64,000 nucleotides of DNA, taken from assembly GCA_002633005.1 (NCBI GenBank), contig NMRA01000054.1, positions 438,952-502,951 on the forward strand, read 5' to 3'. Position numbers and translations under genes: made by a program. Under the pieces are notes generated by a model that saw only the letters and a program-made list of their open reading frames with translations, searched no databases and was not told the origin of the DNA. Of the stretch, positions 58,201-64,000 are shown in pieces (the stretch's first letter is position 1; each line of letters begins with the position of its first letter). The stretch is from Phoronis australis. Its lineage: Eukaryota > Animalia > Phoronida.

Positions 58201-61145
58201 CTTCAGTGACACGTGAATAACTAAACAAAGAAGTCAGTTTTAGAAATAATAACGTTGTCAACCCAATTTGCGAAGTAAAGGGCAGTGGTTAAATTATGGC
58301 CATCGAGCAACTTTGATGAAATAAATTAGGTCAGTAGGATAAATAAGACACAATGACACACATTTGCATATCAGAAGAAGTGTTTACCTGTGCCAAACAT
58401 CAACTCCTCCACTCTTGACTCATCCTTACAGCTGGCCGCCATGTCCAGTTCTCGGACCATCTCATATTCTTTAACCTTCTCTAGTTGTTGCCATATGCCT
58501 TGTGCCTCGCCAAGAGCCTAAACATGCGAAAAAACACAGGTGGCCTGATGTCATTTGCAGTGCATCAGACACGCACAAGCCTCATGGTTTGGCCCATTGC
58601 ACAAGCGAAACAGGAATTTTACAATTTCAGTCTACAAATAAAACTGTTTACATTAGTTCAAAAACTCCTGCCTGATTTTGTCTAGTCTGCATGTTTTTGT
58701 GATTCATACTGTGAGAACATGAGATTACAATAAAATTTCAAACATCCACCAAAAATGGATTTTCGAAATTGACAGAAAATGACCTTTGTAGTAATCTTCA
58801 GCTGCACCATGTCCCTATATGTTTGTTAACATGTGAACCTACCTTGAGCCTAGCCAATGTGTGCACTAAATTAGTCTTTCCATGCCAGATGTACTTGTTC
58901 TTGGCCAGCCGACTCACCATCTCCACACTCTCCAGAACGTTCACAATGTCGTAGATGCGTCTTCGCTCAACATCTAAAATGTGTCATGAAAGAAAAGAAA
59001 GTCATTTGATTGTATTATGTAGTGTTAAAACACAGAACAACATGTAGTTATTCCATTCTTTTCTCTTACTGAAGCAAGACATTTATTTTTGTTTGCCTTT
59101 TTTCCTTTCAGAGAAAACCAGTCTTATCTACACAATCGCATTCAATGTGCCTACAGGCTACATCACGATACATAGATTGCTTTATTTGCCACTTCCTTCA
59201 ATAACACTGGTTTTTCATGAAAAAGAGCGTAACCTAACTAAAATGTACTAACATACACGCCAAACATAATCAGACAACGGCAACTTTCTGTGGAGAAAAA
59301 AATATACAGGATGACAAATCATGACTACTATTCTTAAGTCATAAGAAGCAATACATCGCCTGTGGTCACCGAATGCAAGCATCTATGGACCAAGTAACAG
59401 GATAATGGCTACTAACAAACTATGGCAGTGAATTCTACTTGTGGTCAGCAATCATGACGACAAAACTGCAAGGTCATTCGTCAAATTAGCTTTGGCCTGA
59501 ATAGTATACCTATAAATCAGAGTTCATTCTGAAACGTGCCTATATTGGCATATGAAATTTAATTAGCAGCATGTAAATGTCAGCATGTCGGGGTCAACCA
59601 GGTGCGTAAACAAACAGTTTATCCATGCGACCATCATGGGACAATTTTGATGTGTGCGTGAAAGTGATATAAGTAACATAACCATTTGGACTGTGGATGT
59701 TTTTAGAACATGACTTACTTCACAAGGGACAAGTGTAATGCAGCTGCAAAAGGCAGTCATTTACTTCCAACAGGGAACTACGCTACTGAACATGTCAGTC
59801 CAACTGATTGATTGACGACTCATTGAGAAAATGCAGTCGAATTTTATCCAAATGCCTGGGTATGCATTTGAGCATACTTCTCCAAAATACACCAGTAATC
59901 TTGAAGCCACCCAACACTATTAGCCAAAGCATCAATGTTTTTTCGGTAGCACCAAGCTACCAACTGGAAAGTGGCTTCTCCTCTGGAAATTCAGTTTTGA
60001 ATCCATTGTCCATGATCTATGATGGGACCCATTTGTCCACTGTTTACAATCCTTGAATGAACATTGATCGAAATGTCTTTCACTTACTCAAATCCTTGGC
60101 AATCTCGTCCAGACAGACATCCACACCCTCTTTTTTCAATGGATATTCAGGAAATCGTGACATAAACCTGGTCAGAAGGAGTAAGAAATCAGACAAGCTT
60201 AGTCATGATTTTAAGTAAGACTCTGAAATGTCTCTGAACACTTTTGTATACAGTTGAATTGCATTACGGACAGTATAACCTAATGCTGGTAGAAGGGCAT
60301 CACATGGTTGATTACTCCAGTAAAAAACTAATTCATGGTCAGTATCTTCTGAACTCCAAGCAATACAAACTATTTCTTTTAGGATTTTTGTGAAATGCCA
60401 TTGAATAAAAATCCTAATGTTGATGAATACAGTTAACCAAAAAAAATGTTAACGTCTGAACACCTCGTTATATGGTTAAAATCTGACAATCATATTATTT
60501 TTATAATGCAGCAGTCAGAGAACAATTGACATACTTAAGACATAACAATCCAAGAGACTTGTCTTTGCGGCTAACATGATGAGGCCCATCATATTCATTC
60601 TCTGTAACGTCAACTCCATCTGTTCCATAGGTAGAGCTTTCATTTTCTTGACGAAAAAGTTCCTTCTTTTTATTTTCACGACTTCTAATTTCTGGACTAG
60701 CTGCACTTATTAGAAGTTTCAGATTAGCGGTAGGCGTTAAAGGGTCTAGCATACCAGCAGCTTTTGTAGGAGTAGTGTCACTCAGATGTTGATTCAAATT
60801 CCTTGTGGCGCTATTTAAGTTTGAGACACTAGACAGAGGGACTCTCCCCTTGGGTGTTTGATTCACTGGGGTCACAAAAACATCTTTAGAAGAATTTGTT
60901 TTAACATCAGGAGTTTTTGAAGCATTGTAAATTTGCATATTTGCATCATTGGCACATGACATGCTCGTAGTTGCCTGAGATGTGAACAATTCCTTGGATG
61001 AGCTATTTTCCATTTGAGAGCCTGTAAAAGTTGGAACATCAGAAGCACATCTCATGGATTCTAAGACAGTTTCTGCATCTGGATCATTGTCCAAATTCAC
61101 CAAGGAAAATCCTGGGGGTAGAATACTTGGTAATACCTCAGACAT
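50804..61145 (-). CDS. E2F8: Atypical E2F transcription factor (E2F7/E2F8 co-ortholog) with two DNA-binding domains, 10 coding exons, 973 aa
   Basis: complement(join(50804-52245,52745-52909,55820-55882,56763-56912,57577-57661,57919-57983,58388-58517,58843-58973,60088-60167,60535-61145)) = 2922 nt, phase-consistent. Motifs: [18 protein letters not shown]; DBD1 [26 protein letters not shown]; DBD2 [35 protein letters not shown]; LTRHASF. Confidence 0.93.
52745..52909 (-). CDS. E2F8: E2F7/8 exon ([10 protein letters not shown]...LTRHASF...QSSQ)
   Basis: ttccag|AA ... CAAG|gtatta. Confidence 0.88.
53660..54027 (-). pseudogene. XPG/FEN1-like (PIN) nuclease fragment of an Academ transposase
   Basis: [15 protein letters not shown] (cf. 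HEEADTRxxLH) and [10 protein letters not shown] (cf. SxDTDV); after a frameshift, LGLHAFIG (cf. LHAFTGCD). Confidence 0.7.
54503..55075. mobile_element. PIF/Harbinger MITE (inner layer)
   Basis: About 43-bp TIR GGGCTGTTCCAG(T/C)AAAATCTGT(A/G)TGGGAG(G)nAAGGCA; perfect TAA TSD at 54500-54502 and 55076-55078. Confidence 0.88.
55820..55882 (-). CDS. E2F8: E2F7/8 63-nt exon ([21 protein letters not shown])
   Basis: ttgttag|TG ... GATG|gtaagt; phase 1-1, stop-free. Confidence 0.68.
56080..56178. repeat. 49-bp tandem duplication (2 copies)
   Basis: TTATGGAACACAGTCCAGGGATACATCTTGTACATAAGCACTGTAA at 56084 and 56133. Confidence 0.92.
56763..56912 (-). CDS. E2F8: E2F7/8 exon ([16 protein letters not shown]...DDLV)
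   Basis: ttcag|CC ... GTTG|gtgagt; DBD2 RRxYD. Confidence 0.95.
57577..57661 (-). CDS. E2F8: E2F7/8 exon ([16 protein letters not shown]...AKYK)
   Basis: tttag|CCC ... AAAA|gtaagt. Confidence 0.93.
57919..57983 (-). CDS. E2F8: E2F7/8 exon ([22 protein letters not shown])
   Basis: tgcag|TG ... AAG|gtaaat. Confidence 0.93.
58388..58517 (-). CDS. E2F8: E2F7/8 exon ([14 protein letters not shown]...MFGT)
   Basis: tttag|GCT ... ACAG|gtaaac; inter-DBD linker. Confidence 0.88.
58843..58973 (-). CDS. E2F8: E2F7/8 exon ([16 protein letters not shown]...ARLK)
   Basis: tttag|AT ... AAG|gtaggt; DBD1 RRxYD. Confidence 0.95.
60088..60167 (-). CDS. E2F8: E2F7/8 exon (FMSRFPEYP...CLDEIAKDL)
   Basis: accag|G ... 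TTGA|gtaagt. Confidence 0.93.
60535..61145 (-). CDS. E2F8: E2F7/8 first coding exon (MSEVLPS...KSLGLLCLK)
   Basis: aagATG preceded by an acceptor at 61176 (ttgcag|GC); donor AA|gtatgt. Confidence 0.9.
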
Positions 61146-61308
61146 CTTGTTTTATTCACGAGCTTTCGAAATGTGCCTGCAACATAAAAGGCAACAAATC
61201 ACTGAAACTATGGAGAGTTCGCCTACCACCACTGAAGGCGAAATGCCATTAATTTCAACACAAATTCGGCAATAAGTTGAAATGTTCACAAAACTGTGGA
61301 AAGGTTAC

Positions 61309-62240
61309 CTTCAGTCTAAGATTTCTTGCTGCTGCAAATATTTGTAACTATTTTTCGCAGATTTCCGAAAAGTTCGCCATTTACTTTTCGTCGACTTAGC
61401 TCGTTCAAATTTGGCGGGTGAAACGCGGGGCCCCTAACATTGAATATGAAGCGATTCAAAAAGATAGTTCTCCCGTAAAATTGAAGAAACAGATTGTTTT
61501 CTTATAGGCATTTGGATCGCTGCTTGATTTTCGATAACACTGTTACATTAAACACGAAATACCATGCTGTCAAAACGCAATTTATGTGTGGCTATCTGAG
61601 TACCCGAACCAAGCATTCGCCATGAAAGTGTTACTGGTTTGACCTAATTATGTTTTGGTGCAATGTTAACAGAAAAGTTGGTCTACCAAACTAACGCAAC
61701 ATAGGAATTTATATTCAGATTTCGATTGGCCTGAAACAGTGCAGAACGTGCTTAAAATTAATACGAGTTAGACTCAAATTAAGAGTACGTGTTTAAACAT
61801 GGATATATATGCCATTCACACCCCAGTGACGAATGTTCGCGGCGCGCCTTCTATATTGCCGCCAAGTCGTTTCGCAAATTGCTCATTTGAACCACCAAAT
61901 TTCTTAAAATCACTTACCTTGTGTGTAATCGATGTTACAGGTGTGACCCTTGTGATGGTATAAAGTTAATCAATACGTTGTATGACACTGTTTCATAAAA
62001 ATATCTGGACATAATATTCCTACCGGCATTCCGAAAGCCTAACGTTACTCCCGTCCGATTTGGCGCGAGATGTCGTTTACAAGTTCGCGCTGACTGCCCA
62101 CTAAAACCTGTTAGCCAATCACCTTTGCGTGTTGTGATAAGTGATGTTTCAAGAAGCCAATCTCACACGAAGAATAGTCTTAACTTTTCGGTCAAAGGTC
62201 AACAGTCTGTAGTAACTTTATTATGATTTGGCGTCGTTTT
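61309..62240 (-). promoter_or_regulatory. E2F7/8 promoter region with non-coding leader exon donors, E2F, CHR and CCAAT elements
   Basis: Donors AG|gtaacc (61309) and AAG|gtaagt (61918); TTTGGCGG at 61410 abutting TTCAAA at 61404; TTTGGCGCG at 62059; CCAAT at 62115 and 62157; CpG not depleted. Confidence 0.65.
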
Positions 62241-62352
62241 ATATTGATTGCAGTTTCTCAGCTGCTTTCGTCTTAAGTGGATGAGGAGTACGAGTCGCCT
62301 ATAACGGCAATTGTGCAACCCATCTGCTAAATTGCTTGCGAGTGTAACGTCT

Positions 62353-62446
62353 TAGTCTCATGAGTATACCCCTGTCCTCGGTACTGAAAGTCTACTAAGG
62401 ATTTTCAGTAGGCCTACCGAGGACAGGGATTTACTCATGAGACATA
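62353..62446. mobile_element. About 94-bp palindromic mini-MITE (TAGTCTC...GAGAC ends)
   Basis: Arms GTCTCATGAGTATACCCCTGTCCTCGGTA / TACCGAGGACAGGGATTTACTCATGAGAC (27/29 match) plus an inner stem. Confidence 0.65.
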
Positions 62447-64000
62447 ATATACTCGTTAGTAATTATAGGCCGGCCAGTCATGAAGTGATTAGACATCAGT
62501 TCATGATCACCCCGATCCCTCCCACAAACTTTAAATAACGCAATGAAACATTCAGAAAGTTAAGGCAGCTGGCACAAATTGGTCAAAAGATCCGTGTCTG
62601 CGTGTCGTGCCTCTCTCAAGAGCAAGGTTAATTTTACTCGAAACTGGCAATCGAAGATATGTTGCTCGAATTTCCCAATATGTCAGTTATATTTTACGAG
62701 AGCAACGTTGATTCATGGCTTTTCGATCCCGCAGAGGGAGTTAATTAGTAAGGTTTCTAATTTTTGTGTATCAGGCATCTACGATGATGAGTATAGGTGA
62801 GGGCGAAGCCCCCGAACAGCTTCGCAAGACTGTTCTCAGTCGTCTTCATGAGCGGCGCGGCAATGAAAAAAGTGGGGGGCCATAGCCCCCCAGCTCATGC
62901 ACGCCGCCCAAGCTTCTGTCCTCGCTGTCGCCGTTTGGTGTGGACCTGGTTCGATCAGCGATCAGCATGGAACCGACTGGAAGGCAACCGTCGATTCTAT
63001 TGGTAAACGAGACGCTGATTGTATGACAACGATCGTTGGCTACGTACTGCAGTAGGCCCCTACTTGCATAGTGTTTTTTGACTTACATCAAGCTGGCTTA
63101 ATGGCAACAGCGTTCATGTTTGTCCTAGGTTGTCTTTTACGTGTTGGGGCAGTTTGCCACTCACATGTAGTCGGCTAAATGGCAACAGTAGTTATGCGCT
63201 TGTCCTTGGTAGAACCAGAACCATTTAATTGGTACGTCATACAAGATTATGCCGTTACACGGGCTGCCTGTATGCAACTTATATATTACCGCTACTGAAT
63301 CACTGTTTATTCAACGGCTTACAGATCCGCGGCTTTCAACACCTCGATCTAACATCTGCTAACGTACGTAAAGGATAAAATAAGATAACAGATAAATACA
63401 ATGAAAGACTCTCTGTGGAGAAAGTCACAGGTCTATTGCACAACAATGCACAAATGTCACTCCAGAAAGCCATAGGCTCCTAAAAAGATGAGAAGTTTGT
63501 GAAGATAATTTAATGGAAATACGAATTCCGCGTTGCAGGACAAATGAGGCACCAGAAACGATTCGAGCACGAAAAAATTCCCATGGTCCGGACTAACTGA
63601 GAGTAATTTGCTGAGAAATCTACATGTATAAATATGAAAACTTGTTTCTCGGCTCCACTGTGCACTGCTTATCGGGTAGTCTATTACAAACGTGCCAGAA
63701 TCACCCCCATCGTATAGAAAATTCCTCACCAAGAAGTGATCTACATCGCACACGTTAAATATCCTCACAAGTTCTAATTTAAAGCTCTCTGTTCAATTCT
63801 CAATAATAAATTCTTAACCGAAGTCAAAGATTTTATAGTTACCTGGGATATAGTACCTTTGCCGAAGTGCTATTACCACACTTATCCGATTTGAAATTAT
63901 TGCCGGGCCGAATGAAGCAGCACGAGCCATTTTCGAATCAGTAATTTTAGATGTTCTTAAATAGGTAATTGTTTGTAACGGAAATGTGTCAGAGTGCTTT

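Noticed and set aside
63457-63768. 103-aa minus-strand ORF; nearby LRQRYYIP resembling BEL/Pao integrase LRQxYWI
   Set aside because: No upstream His pair or downstream CxxC of the integrase zinc finger, and no other retroelement motifs.

Overview
AT-rich, intron-containing genomic DNA from an invertebrate animal (draft assembly; N gap at 6-256). Three spliced protein-coding genes could be rebuilt by hand with GT-AG boundaries and consistent phases. (1) The last 12 coding exons of axonemal inner-arm dynein heavy chain DNAH1 (+, 12319-26713, ending [14 protein letters not shown]). (2) A complete CREB3L1/CREB3L2 (CrebA/OASIS-type) ER-membrane bZIP factor (+, 29783-47891, 9 exons, 536 aa). (3) A complete atypical E2F (E2F7/E2F8 co-ortholog; -, 61145-50804, 10 coding exons, 973 aa), convergent with CREB3L. 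The introns hold many transposon relics: a triple nest (hAT-like > Academ with XPG-nuclease remnant > Harbinger MITE); an ISL2EU-like THAP element split exactly in frame by a 781-bp insertion; an unclassified 2.3-kb TIR element carrying a Tudor/Agenet-like ORF; Harbinger- and Kolobok-like MITE families; tRNA-derived SINE heads; and an L2/CR1 LINE 3' end. No prokaryotic systems, rRNA, intact tRNA or CRISPR arrays were seen. All homology calls come from motif recognition, not database searches.
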